From NCBI GenBank assembly GCA_030141605.1, contig JAQGDQ010001720.1, forward strand, positions 1 to 28,024: a stretch of DNA of 28,024 nucleotides. The letters run 5' to 3'. Positions 1 through 12,767 of this stretch are shown piece by piece. Every line of letters starts with the position of its first letter. Position 1 is the stretch's first letter. The notes under the pieces were generated by a model. It was given only the letters and a program-made list of their open reading frames with translations, ran no database searches and was not told the origin of the DNA. The translations under genes were made by a program, and so were the position numbers. This DNA comes from Tubiluchus corallicola (lineage: Eukaryota; Animalia; Priapulida).

Positions 1-365
1 AATTTGCCAAAATAGGATGAGAGCGTCAGGGGTCGAAAGCTACCAGGATCCGTATAATTTGTTTTGCCTTCCTTTTTAATAAATATTACATTGGATTCGC
101 GCCAAACCCACTCGCTTTTACTTAAACAAAGATTACACAAGTATAGAAAAACGGCCTTGGCCCAGAAGCCAAGGTGTTTAACCATCAGTGGATGAAAGCC
201 ATCGCAGTCGGTGCTTTTGCCCTGCGTGACTGTTTCTTTTATTGCAATGTTTAGTTCATCCATTGTAAAGTTACAGTTTATAGCAAGGGGCACCATGCCT
301 CTATAATCATAGCGAGAAACTTCCCCCTCTACTTGCTGCTGCCAAAAATAATCAAAATTTGCTGG

Positions 366-887
<522 letters not shown>

Positions 888-1146
888 GATGCTTTAGTTA
901 TGGTGGGAACGCTCAACCCCCCGCGCAAGCCACCCACTCGTGTCGAGTGAATAATCAGCTAGTATTGACACTCAAGCCAGCAGATAAACAAACATGGACG
1001 TACGCTGCAACTAACCCAACCAAATTGACAAATCCTCTGTCATTATAATAGGCAAGAGGATACCGGGTAATGTAAACACGGGAGGAGCGGGTTTCCCCAC
1101 TATGATTACAGAACCGTTTAATTAGTAGCTCCTCAATGTTGTGGAG

Positions 1147-1192
1147 AGAAGTGGCGTTGTTTTGCATCGCGCAGAAGTGGCGTTGTTTTGCA
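1147..1192. repeat. Short direct duplication of AGAAGTGGCGTTGTTTTGCA
   Basis: Identical 20-mer at 1147-1166 and 1173-1192. Confidence 0.9.
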
Positions 1193-2007
1193 CCTCACAC
1201 GAGGCGGTAATTGATACGGAGGTTTCTCTAATTGTCTAAACTATTCAACACGGTTATTATCAAGTCCTGAACCAAGTTGTTTGTACCTAAACGTAATTGT
1301 AAATATAGATTTGTCAGATGTTCAATTTCAATTCAAAAGGGTTTATTTATCGTATATATTAATTTTTCCAAACAGTCTGCAGAAAAAATGCTCTAGCAGT
1401 CCCTGGTGGGACTCTCGGAAAGAGATATGCGGCTCTTTAGAAAGAGGAAGAACAGGGCTACTCGATGATGTGGGCTATATTTTAGGACACGTCCACCGAG
1501 AGGAGTAGCGAGGAGTTAATTAGATGTTCTATTTTTGGAAATTTTCGCTTGGAAAACTGCTGACGTAAAGCCATTGTTGTGACGTCATCCATTATACTCA
1601 GTCTATAACCTTATAGCTTTAATTCAGTAAAAGCTGCTACTGGCTTTGCGTTATAAATGAGGACTATGTAGGATGTTCGCGTATTTTTGATTATAAGTGT
1701 ATTTAATCGCAAAATCTTTTGCGGAGCCTTTGCCAGTCTATAATATAATATTTATAGCGCAAATACAACAAATTATGTAAACTGTGTAGAGATGGGGTGG
1801 CGAAAGACCAGGAGGTCATCGAGTCAGCCACCCCTATATAACTTAGGAATATTATAAAGCACGGCAGACTACATGGTTAAGTGAATAAATACGTGGTTAG
1901 GTCTTAAATGTAGCAAATAAACAAGATGCAATGCAGTTATATTATAATTATACCAATGGAAAATGGATGTAATTATTGTACACATGAAACTTTTATATGT
2001 GTTAATA

Positions 2008-2320
2008 ATCAAAAATGAAGATTTATACACCAGAACAAAAGAAATTTTTTGAGTTCAGAAGTAAAGATTCGAACACTAAGATGGTAAGAGCATCTAAAAG
2101 ATTACCGAATGAAGCACCAGTAAGAATCGCCTTGAAGGAAACCTTAAAACCTTGCTAAAAACCACCTGGTAAACCAAAAACAACTTGGATAGCTAAGATA
2201 AGTAAAGATGTACTACAACTTCAAACAAATCTATCTTTAGGAGTAGAAGAACTTACGCTGTTAGCCGTAGATAGGAATTAATGGAATGAGATTTTGAAGA
2301 ATAAGAAGAATAGATATTAG
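2008..2320 (+). mobile_element. Decayed RTE-clade LINE, ORF C-terminal fragment
   Basis: Manual translation with two frameshifts gives IKNEDLYTRTKE..SSEVKIRTLRW*EHL..RLPNEAPVRIALKETLKPC*KPPGKPKTTWIAKISKD...LAVDRN*WNEILK. This matches the RTE tail pattern N..LY / R.L.W.GH..R / GRP..TW...I..D / A.DR..W. Confidence 0.8.
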
Positions 2321-2399
2321 ATGACGTCACTGAAGCGAGTTTTAACAATCATAATTATGTCTTTTACATCTATGTAGACATTAGGCAGGAAAACTCTAA

Positions 2400-2471
2400 A
2401 ATAACAACAATAGCATCAACAACAACAACAACAATAGTATCAACAACAGCAACAATAACAACACCACCACC

Positions 2472-2502
<31 letters not shown>

Positions 2503-2617
2503 GTATTAACAACAGCAACAACAACACCAACGACATCAACAACAACCACATCAACAACAATAACAGCAACAACAACAGTATCAACAACAGCAACAATAAC
2601 AATAACAACAACAACAA
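2400..2617. repeat. Imperfect (CAA)n/(CAC)n microsatellite
   Basis: Direct reading. Confidence 0.97.
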
Positions 2618-2625
2618 GAACTGTA

Positions 2626-2943
2626 TGCTTATAATGTTCAGAACTCTGAGCTCAAAGGTGTTTAGGGTTACAGTAAACAAGGTCTCAATAAGTTTGTGCC
2701 ACAATTATGGTGTTTGGGGTTACAGTAAAGAAGCTCTCGATAAGTTTGTGCCACAATGCTTATAATGTCCAGATCGCAGAGCTCAAAGGTGTTTAGGGTT
2801 ACAGTAAACAAGTTCTCAACAAGTTTGTGCCACAGATATGGTGTTTAGGGCTACAGTAAACAAGTTCTCAACAAGTTTGTGCCACAGTTATGGTGTTTAG
2901 AGTTACAGTAAACAAGCTCTCAATAAGTTTGTGCCACAATTAT
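2626..2943. repeat. 52-bp minisatellite (5 units) with a 31-bp leader present twice
   Basis: Units GGTGTTTAGGGTTACAGTAAACAAG..GTTTGTGCCACA start at 2657, 2709, 2788, 2840 and 2892; leader TGCTTATAATGT..GAGCTCAAA at 2626 and 2757. Confidence 0.93.
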
Positions 2944-3789
2944 TTTCATTCAAAATAGCAGATAAAGTATTGCTAATCAAAACAACACACAAAATCAACT
3001 GAACAGCTATGCATACGGCATGAGAATAATTAGCACTGGTCAACAAAGCACTGGACAATAGCATTTGGATCATTAATGCCCAGGTTTAATTGATTACCCC
3101 TACTGTGCACACACAAACTGCATGTATTCTTCACCACTGACCAGCAAAGTATAATTATTGATAGTGCAACCTCATGCAGCGAGTTGATCAACTAAACACC
3201 ATCACCTGGCGAATTTCACGATGACCACCCCACACGCCTCAGAAACTGACCACAGGTCAGCTATATCACAAATGGCCATTTCAGTTGCCTCGTAAAGAAG
3301 ACGACAAGTCTTGCTGTTTCTCTCTCTCTGTGTTCTAGCACCACTTTTCACGCTGTTTCGAACATTCCTCCGCTGCTTGCATTTACCGCCATTTTACAGC
3401 AAAACCATTGAGAAATCACGTACTCATTAACGCACCGCCTGCAGTGCGGTAAAGTGTAGACACAGGTCCATTCTCTGTTCATAGTCAGTACCTGCTATTT
3501 ATATATATAGGTTGTTAATCACGTTACCTTCACTCAGTGACAAGAAGGCAATAATTATACAGGGAGGCGGCACACGATGATCAAAGATGTGTTCCTAGAT
3601 AAGCGTTAAGACGGCTTATCATATGCAGAGCTGCTCAAAACACAAACCTTATCGTACTTTGTAATCTACAGATCTCTCTTAAAGGCTTTTTATAACCCCA
3701 ACTGGCAGTGAAGTTTATTAAAGCATTATTATGATTACACAAAGAATTCATAGTTATTATTAAACAAAAGATGCTTATAAATTAAATAT

Positions 3790-4180
3790 CTTCATCATCA
3801 TCATCATCATCATCATCACCGTCATCGTCGTCATGATCTTCATCATCATCTTCATCACCCTTATCATCGTAATCGTCATCATCATTATCGTCATCGTCAT
3901 CATGATCATCTTCATCATCATCATCACCACCATCATCATCGTAATCGTCATCATCATCATCATCATCATCGTCATCGTCTTCATCATCATCATCATGACC
4001 ACCACCATCATCATCATCATCACTACCATCATCATCGTCATCATCATCATCGCTATCATCATCATCATCGTCGTCGTCATTGTCTTCATCATCATCATCA
4101 TGACCATCATCATCATCATCATTACTACCATCATCATCGTAATCAACATCATCATCATCGTAATCATCATCATCATCACA
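3790..4180. repeat. Imperfect (CAT)n microsatellite
   Basis: Direct reading. Confidence 0.97.
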
Positions 4181-4368
4181 TGCTCATTACATCAATTGCA
4201 GACATTGGGCAGACAGACTTTAATAATAAATGAAAACTGACCTCAACACATGACGTAAGTTCAGAGAATGGAAGTTGAACTAATCATATAAACGCACTAA
4301 GGAAATACTATGTTAGAAGGTTTAAACAATTTTTCATTTGTTTAGACGTGAATCTGAAACCTTGTGTT

Positions 4369-5772
4369 AAAGTGAGGCATTTTCTGTGATCCCTCTTCTT
4401 GCTACTTCAACTTGATGAATTATTGGAAGTGCAAGTGAGGCACTTTCTGTATTTCTTCTTCATGGTGAAGAATTATTGGAAGTGTAAGTGAGGCATTTTC
4501 TGTAATTCTTCTTCACTTCTTCTTTGCGTTGAAGAATTATTGGAAGTGTAAGTGAGGCAATTTCTATAATCCTTCTTCACTTCGTCTTCATGGTGAAGAA
4601 TTATTGGAAGTGCAAGTGAGGCATTTTCTGTAATTCTTCTTCACTTCTTCTTTGCGTTGAAGAATTATTGCAAATGCAAGTGAGGCAATTTCTATAATCC
4701 TTCTTCACTTCGTCTTCATGGTGAAGAATTATTGGAAGTGCAAGTGAGGCATTTTCTGTAATTCTTCTTCACTTCTTCTTTGCGTTGAAGAATTATTGCA
4801 AATGCAAGTGAGGCATTTTCTGTAATTCTTCTTCACTTCTTCTTCGCGGTGAAGAATTATTGGAAGTGCAAGTGAGGCATTTTCTGTAATCCTTCTTCAC
4901 TTCGTCTTCATGGTGAAGAATTATTGGAAGTGCAAGTGAGGCATTTTCTGTAATTCTTCTTCACTTCTTCTTTGCGTTGAAGAATTATTGCAAATGCAAG
5001 TGAGGCATTTTCTGTAATTCTTCTTCACTTCTTCTTCGCGGTGAAGAATTATTGGAAGTGTAAGTGAGGCATTTTCTGTAATTCTTCTTCACTTCTTCTT
5101 CATGGTGAAGAATTATTGGAAGTGTAAGTGAGGCATTTTCTGTAATTCTTCTTCACTTCTTCTTCGTGGTGAAGAATTATTGGAAGTGCAAGTGAGGCAT
5201 TTTCTGTAATTCTTCTTCACTTCTTCTTTGCGTTGAAGAATTATTGCAAATGCAAGTGAGGCATTTTCTGTAATTCTTCTTCACTTCTTCTTCATGGTGA
5301 AGAATTATTGGAAGTGTAAGTGAGGCATTTTCTGTAATTCTTCTTCACTTCTTCTTCATGGTGAAGAATTATTGGAAGTGTAAGTGAGGCATTTTCTGTA
5401 ATTCTTCTTCACTTCTTCTTCGTGGTGAAGAATTATTGGAAGTGCAAAAGAGGCATTTTCTGTAATTCTTCTTCACTTCTTCTTCGCGGTGAAGAATTAT
5501 TGGAAGTGCAAGTGAGGCATTTTCTGTAATTCTTCTTCACTTCTTCTTCGCGGTGAAGAATTATTGGAAATGCAAGTGAGGCATTTTCTATAATTCTTCT
5601 TCACTTCTTCTTCGCGGTGAAGAATTATTGGAAGTGCAAGTGAGGCATTTTCTGTAATTCTTCTTCACTTCTTCTTCATGGTGAAGAATTATTGGAAGTG
5701 CAAGTGAGGCATTTTCTGTAATTCTTCTTCACTTCTTCTTCGTGGTGAAGATTTATTGGAAGTGCAAGTGAG
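4369..5772. repeat. 64-bp tandem satellite, about 22 units
   Basis: Unit GTGAAGAATTATTGGAAGTGCAAGTGAGGCATTTTCTGTAATTCTTCTTCACTTCTTCTTCRYG; unit starts at 4721, 5041 and 5105 confirm the period. Confidence 0.97.
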
Positions 5773-6796
5773 CAAGAGTCTTTGCTTCTTATTCGTGTAC
5801 TGCAAGTGTCTTACTCGATGAAAAACTATTATGGCGTATCAAGCTAGTATATAATTGTATGTAGTTGAGAGTGGCAGGTCATACCTCGATGACATGAGCT
5901 CTCACATTCACAAAAGTGTTCTCTTTTTCCTCCGGATGTTCACTTTTCCCTCCGGATTTGCACCACTGTGAATGCACTTAGACCAGATATCATCTAGTCC
6001 ATTCATTTCATTACTAAAATTCTTTAATCCTTACGGCGACTGGTAACACTCGAGACGACACTCGAATCACAATACTTAGTTGTCTCTTACGAACACAGGT
6101 ATCCACAAGTTTCTCCAACTCGCCGGGGGTGCTCTTCGCCCCTCTTTCGACAGATGTAACATACAGATATCTTGCTGGGAGTGCCAGAGACTGCCCAAAG
6201 CTTCAACAGAAGACTGAAGTCGTACTTGAGCAAGCTGAGTTTAGGACAGAACCACGTTCCACGACTGTCTGTTTCTTCCTTACTTTTTTGATCATTTTTT
6301 ACTGCCAAATAAATCTATTTAACTTTCATTGTTCTTGTAATAATTGCCCTGTAGGACAATGATTGTCATTTCAAACAATGCCTGATTGGAACGATGCCAT
6401 TTCCAAAGCCCCCTGCTTGTTTCCACGCACCTTCTAAAGGGCTGTACAAGCAAATGGAGAAATGTAACTGTTCTCAACTTCTGTTGTTTAAGACACAGCC
6501 ACTTCCCTCTTCTGACACAAAAGCAATAGGCCTATCATTGTTGCCACTTCCCTGGTTGTGCTTTTCCCTGTAGCTCCCAGTGTGACGTCACACGTATTAA
6601 CGTGTAATCTGTGGATAATCTGCAGCTATTGAGATGTGTGTGTATTGCGCCTATTCTAGCGTCACTAACAGCGGCCGTGTGGGGTCAAAAATAGACTGAA
6701 TACCGTTGACCATTATTTGATTAAGCTTGGCTAGTTTCTATCATTACGCTAATTATTTAACTAATTTTAATCTTAACAATTTCAATATTAGATATT

Positions 6797-6807
6797 GTAG
6801 TAGTAGA

Positions 6808-6861
<54 letters not shown>

Positions 6862-6907
6862 GAGTAGTAGTAGTAGTAGTAGTAGTAGTAATAATAATAA
6901 TAATAAT
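6797..6907. repeat. (TAG)n then (TAA)n microsatellite
   Basis: Direct reading. Confidence 0.97.
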
Positions 6908-7469
6908 TCGTCATGTAACTAAGCAATCAATTAGCTGATCAATGATGTAGCAATTTTACTCAAGCTGATTAAGTGTAAAATTGACTTGGTCATTGCCACT
7001 GCATTCCCATTGCGATGTTCCAACCCACCTAGCGGATAAAACAAATAATTCACAAAACACAGTAGCTGAAAGTGGCGACTCCCTGCGGCACATGACAGCT
7101 ATCAACTGTGAAGCATACAACATGAATGTATAGCCTAGTGTGAACCAAAACGACTTGTGCTGCTTGATCCCCTAGATAATACTAGCTCGTTATACGGATT
7201 AGATCAGCTAATAACATAATACTGCTCTGCCTACCCAGGAAGCGGAGAGGAAAGTGGGGTCCCCCGGGGTAAGTCCTCACTTTAGAAAGAAGGATAATAG
7301 CAACAAAAAACCGCTTAAAAGCCCGTATTAATAATGATATTACTGGCATAAATGCAGATTATCTGATACTGATTGTAGTTGTCTCAAAGCTACTGTAGGT
7401 TTTAATATTTATTGGACCCAGGTAGCTTCAATACTGGCGCATCTGACACAAAATGGTCTTTTCAGGGAG

Positions 7470-7917
7470 GGGGGCAGATTATGAATTTTTGGGGTCCCAG
7501 GCTAGTGAAATTATAGGGCAGTCTAACCATCTAACTCGGCTTGAACAATTTTTACTCCTGATACATGTATATGGCAACACTGGCATAGCTGGGGGGGGGA
7601 GGCTCATTTCTCAAATATCTCCAATAAATGGTTTTAAAGAGGGGACTTTTTCTTTCTCTTTACTTTCTCTCAAGTAAAATAACCCAAACAAGGATCATTT
7701 ATCTCAGATAAAAGCTCTCAAGCAGGGATGCTTTATCTCAAATAAGCCACCACTTTTTTAAAATCAAATTTCAAGCTCCCAGGCCCTTTTTTTAAAATGA
7801 CTAAGTTGAAATTTTATTTTAAGTTACATGAATTATTCAACAATGCAAAGTATGGACGCCCAAGCTTGAGAGGCCCTGGCCTGCAGTCTATAGTAGCCTA
7901 TAGGCTAATCTAGCTCC
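7470..7917. mobile_element. Possible old non-autonomous DNA transposon (hAT-like MITE)
   Basis: Degenerate inverted ends GGGGCAGATTA ... TAATCTAGCTCC, with GGGGTCCCAGG and GGCCCTGG subterminal motifs; no TSD seen. Confidence 0.3.
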
Positions 7918-8868
7918 ATCTATAGGGAATGGTTGTTATTAGTTTTTAAACGTTCTTCATTATAAACCCAACAGCATGATTTAGACCAGGAGAGTGCAAA
8001 TTATCTGATTAGCCGGGCCACATAAAACTTTCTTACAATTCCTGCGGGCCACAGGCAGTTTGATCAAGGAGCCAAGTACAGAAAGGTCTAATAACAATTT
8101 TTTTGCATCCAACCTGCGTACATCATTACTACTGCACTCAAGAAACTATTTTAGAAGTTATTAAAATTTATATTACAAACCATATATTTCTACTTTCAGG
8201 ACAGATAGTGGTAATTTCATTACAATGCATATTAGTAATGTGTATCATACAGTCTGTGTAGTACAGTGACATTAAGCTACAACTGTCTTGTAAGGGTTAA
8301 TGGCATCCGATCTAGTAGAAAAAACTACCCGCACTATGTACAGTAGCAACGTATTTCGGACGTTATAACATGATCTTCTGCGAATATGATTAAAATGTTG
8401 CTAGAGATAGGTTTACACACAGGCAAGGGCCTATCAACCAAAAGGGTAATCAAGCAACAGCCTAGGGGGCGCCAAAGTTTGAGGGGCGTCACATTTTAGA
8501 AGAAAATTATTATTCTCCTCGGAAAATGTGTACTTTCATATTCGCGTAAAGGGCGCATTTTATAACACACCACAGGCACTTACTGTCCGCTGCTTTTATA
8601 ATAGTGCCACATAACGAACAGAGGCAAGGTATTACACAACAAGTCTTCTTAAATATAAGCAGTATGAAAATACATGTAATTAATAATGAACACATCGAAA
8701 CTAGGTTAATGTTTCTAATACACCACAAGTAGTTGTTTAACCTGCTCTTTATATAAACAATTATAAATTCACAATAGAGCTGGGCGCTATTTACGCAGCC
8801 CCATTATTTCATATAATTAGATCATATATAAATTATTATTGTTGATTCAAAAGCTGACTTTAAATAAA

Positions 8869-9392
<524 letters not shown>

Positions 9393-9682
9393 TAGTACCT
9401 AATTTTGGTAAAAATGAGCCCATTTCATTAAATATACAAAATACTGATCACTGGTATAATTTTTTTTCATGTATTTTGTTTTTAATTAATAACAAACCCT
9501 TTATTAATTCATTAACACCATTAATGTTTTAAATCCACCATGTCTCTCAGGTACATTAATTCTCCTAGCTTTCAAATGCAAACAGGTAAAAATCACTTGG
9601 GTGGCAGTGAAGCTGCGCTAGTCGGCTATTATCCGCTAACAGCTCAAATAATCACAATGGAATTAGCGTTACAATCGAGCAC

Positions 9683-10090
9683 GCGGCCCCGCCCGCGTCG
9701 CCGCTTCGCGTCCAATCAGCGCTCGACGTGCGCGGCTGACTGACGTGCGACGTCGCTTCTGATGGCATCACGAAGACGAGAGCTAGCGTGACAATCCTAG
9801 CAGCAAATTGTGACATTACTGACTGACCGTGTTACTAATAGACTGCGTGCGTAGAGTGGGTCTATCAGTCTGTTGCCCAAAACACGTGAGTCGGTAGCGA
9901 AGCTTCGTAAAAGTAACAGTAACGTGCAGAAACTGTTCAGTTTCATCCACGCAGTGCACCAGAGACAACGTCAGTCTTGCTACGTCAAATTATTAAAACG
10001 AGTACTACTCTTACTACCTGATTTGAAATAGTGTAGAATTCGTATGAACTATAAACTAACAGTTCCCCAGGGGGAGTTGTAGTTCGTTCG
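9683..10090 (+). promoter_or_regulatory. CpG-rich promoter-like island
   Basis: GC box CCCCGCCC 9687-9694, CCAAT 9712-9716, CRE half-site TGACGT 9741, E-box CACGTG 9883-9888, Inr-like TCAGTY at 9865, 9937 and 9971, and ACTACAACTCCC (ZNF143/THAP11-type) on the minus strand at 10072-10083. CpG density is visibly higher than in the flanks. Confidence 0.65.
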
Positions 10091-10260
10091 TAATTTCCTA
10101 CGCAAAATTGCGTACGTTTTCAAGTGTTAGACGTTAGAGAACTGTTTGTTTGTGAGTCGAACTCGAGACGTTTGTATTCAGCGCGATTATGTCGGTGAAA
10201 ATTCACGTTGCAACGCGTGGAAAAGATTCTTAGAGATTCGAACTCGATCGAAATTTTATA

Positions 10261-10266
10261 GTAAGT
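10261..10266 (+). other. 5' splice donor ATA|GTAAGT ending a putative first exon
   Basis: Perfect GTAAGT exactly where the CpG-rich island switches to very AT-rich sequence. Confidence 0.6.
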
Positions 10267-10405
10267 ACGATTTTATTCATTTCATGTTTTTTAGTAAAGA
10301 AGCCGACTTATAAAGAATTTTTAATTTTAATATAATTTTAGTCTTTATTTAAAGTGTGTAATTAATCTATTTAATTATCAGTAAGAGTAGCACAAAATAT
10401 CTAGT

Positions 10406-10690
10406 TAATTAAATTATCTATTTTTATCTGGTAGCAGAAATTATATAAATAATTAAATTATCTAATTTTATCTAATAGCAGAAACTATATAAATAATTAA
10501 ATTATCTAATTTTATCTAATAGCAGAAATTATATAAATAATTAAATTATCTAATTTTATCTAATAGCAGAAATTATATAAATAATTAAATTATCTAATTT
10601 TATCTAATAGCAGAAACTACATAAATAATTAAATTATCTAATTTTATCTAATAGCAGAAACTACATAAATAATTAAATTATCTAATTTTA
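10406..10690. repeat. 44-bp AT-rich minisatellite, about 6.5 units
   Basis: AATTAAATTATCTAATTTTATCTAATAGCAGAAAYTATATAAAT at 10451, 10495, 10539 and onward. Confidence 0.96.
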
Positions 10691-11187
10691 CACATCAAAT
10701 TTTGAATAAGGTTACATTAAAAGTTACGATACCAACACATTCGTTTTTTACTAATACGTTAATTTCTCTTTTATTTTTATTTATATTTACTAATGTAAAT
10801 TCTCTATTATACGTTTTGAATATAATCTTATTGTTATATTTGTAACGCATGTTTAATTTTCACAGGAAACTTCCTGCAAATCATTCTAAACGTATTTGCC
10901 ATTATAGGTTGTTATCAGTAGAACTTCACATATTTTTAACAATTTCAATGTTTTCCAAATACGACAGCCAATATTCTCAGATGTTTTCAAAATATGCATG
11001 CTTTTTCTATGCTTTAGGTTCTATCCTTCTATCCTCAATAAAGCATAGTTTAAATGCTCAATTTCGTAAATGCAGCTTTTTAGTTTTAAATCTAGTTGGT
11101 TATACTATAATTTGTAATATTAGTAGAATAATACGATACTGTGACGACATTACTATCAAAATTTCTCGAGTAAAAAACTCCATTCGT

Positions 11188-11705
11188 ATAATTACGTATT
11201 ATACACATAGGATTATACATTGTACATATACATTAAATTGTAGACTTGTGTATAATTACATATTATAGACAAATGTTTATACATTGTTCATATACGTGAA
11301 ATTGTAGACTTATGTGTAATTACGTATTATAGACATATGATTATACATTGTTCATATACATTAAATTGTAGATTTATGTATAATTACATATTATAGACAA
11401 ATGATTGTATATTGTTCATATACATTAAATGCAGATTTATGTATAATTACATATTATACACATAAGATTATACATTGTACATATACATTAAATTGTAGAT
11501 TTATGTATAATTACGTATTATAGACATAAGATTATACATTGTACATATACATTAAATTGTAGACTTATGTATAATTACGTATTATAGACATATGATTATA
11601 CATTGTACATATACGTGAAATTGTAGGCTTATGTATAATTACATATTACACACATAGGATTATACATTGTACATATACATTACATTGTAGACATGTGCAT
11701 AATTG
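11188..11705. repeat. 64-bp AT-rich minisatellite, about 8 units (unrelated to the 4369-5772 array)
   Basis: ATTACRTATTATAGACATATGATTATACATTGTACATATACATTAAATTGTAGACTTATGTATA at 11191, 11255, 11319 and onward. Confidence 0.95.
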
Positions 11706-12248
11706 CAGGATTTTGTCTATAATAATGCTGTATATTTCGATAAATGTATAGGGTCAAATCGCAATAGCACCTAGCGCTGGAACACGAAAGGTTTTTAAAG
11801 GTTTTTTGTACGAAAAAGGTTTTTTAAAGGTTTTTTGTACGAAAAAGGTTTTAGTGGTAGGAAACCCTTTGTTAAACTGCATGAGCGTTTATAGTTAAAC
11901 AGAAACCTTCTAGCGGGTGAAAGGGTTTATCGTAACTCGTAAGAAAAAAAAAGTTTATGCTGTTAATAATAAAACTTGTATCACGTGTAGAATGGTGCAA
12001 TAATGGTGCAATGGTGCTAATGGTGCAATAATGTGTATCTGGTATCAAAATTCTTCGGTAAAACTTTGGTAACATTTTTGAATATTCATGCAAAAATAAT
12101 ATAAGCAAATATGATAGATCAATATTGTTCACAACGCGTAGAAGAAATTTGTTATTTGTTTTAGGAAAATATTACAACTAATTTAAGCTAAAAGCAAAAC
12201 CGGATCCTGTGTTAAACTGCAGGTCAAAACAATCTACTCTTTAAAATA

Positions 12249-12767
12249 TTAAAAGGAAACTTACTATTTTTTCAAAAATGATTTACGTGAAATAATTATT
12301 ACCACACAAACACAATTTCACGTTCGCGCCACTAGTTCTTCGCTGTTACATGCATTTCACCAGTCGCTAGTTAGACGGGCACTAGCGTCTGCATTTCTGA
12401 AACGCGTTGGACAAAAACAGGTGCTGTACCTCTCAGTTTAGATGTGTTAGTTTGTGACGAACTACACACGTTCTACAGCTCCTGCGCCTAGTTTTAGTAC
12501 AACACGCTGAATATCTTACAGTAGCACTGTACTTCAATTTTCTCTTTCGCAAACACGTGTAACACGATAGTGGAATATTTTTGCTGTTGAAAATTATTTT
12601 AGTTTGTGACGTCATCAATAGTTGGGTTCCCCCGCCGTTAATTAAGTTTTTAATCTATTATTAAATTATCAGAAACGCTTTTATAGTATTAATTGTGTTA
12701 AAATGTATACTTTTTATCAGACTTGAAAATGGGACAGTATATGAAAAATCATCCTGTCTTCCTTTAA
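12249..12767. mobile_element. Possible Kolobok-like MITE
   Basis: Right end CCTGTCTTCCT-TTAA fits the Kolobok TTAA/AGG terminus. The left partner TTAA-AAGGAAAC is only an imperfect match. Interior is CpG-rich. Confidence 0.3.

Noticed and set aside
3775-4240. Poly-Met/Ile ORFs, and similar homopolymeric ORFs at 2396, 8839-9532, 18034-18576, 23869-24321 and 25116-25481
   Set aside because: Trinucleotide microsatellites lack stops in some frames; there is no domain content or splice context.
4369-5772. CRISPR-like appearance of regular repeats (also the 45-, 49- and 119-bp arrays)
   Set aside because: Units are contiguous with no unique spacers, there are no cas genes, and the DNA is eukaryotic.
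5900-6580. Balanced-composition region with short ORFs on both strands
   Set aside because: The listed ORFs and my manual minus-strand translations gave no recognisable motif, and frames close quickly; an old TE or exon cannot be excluded.
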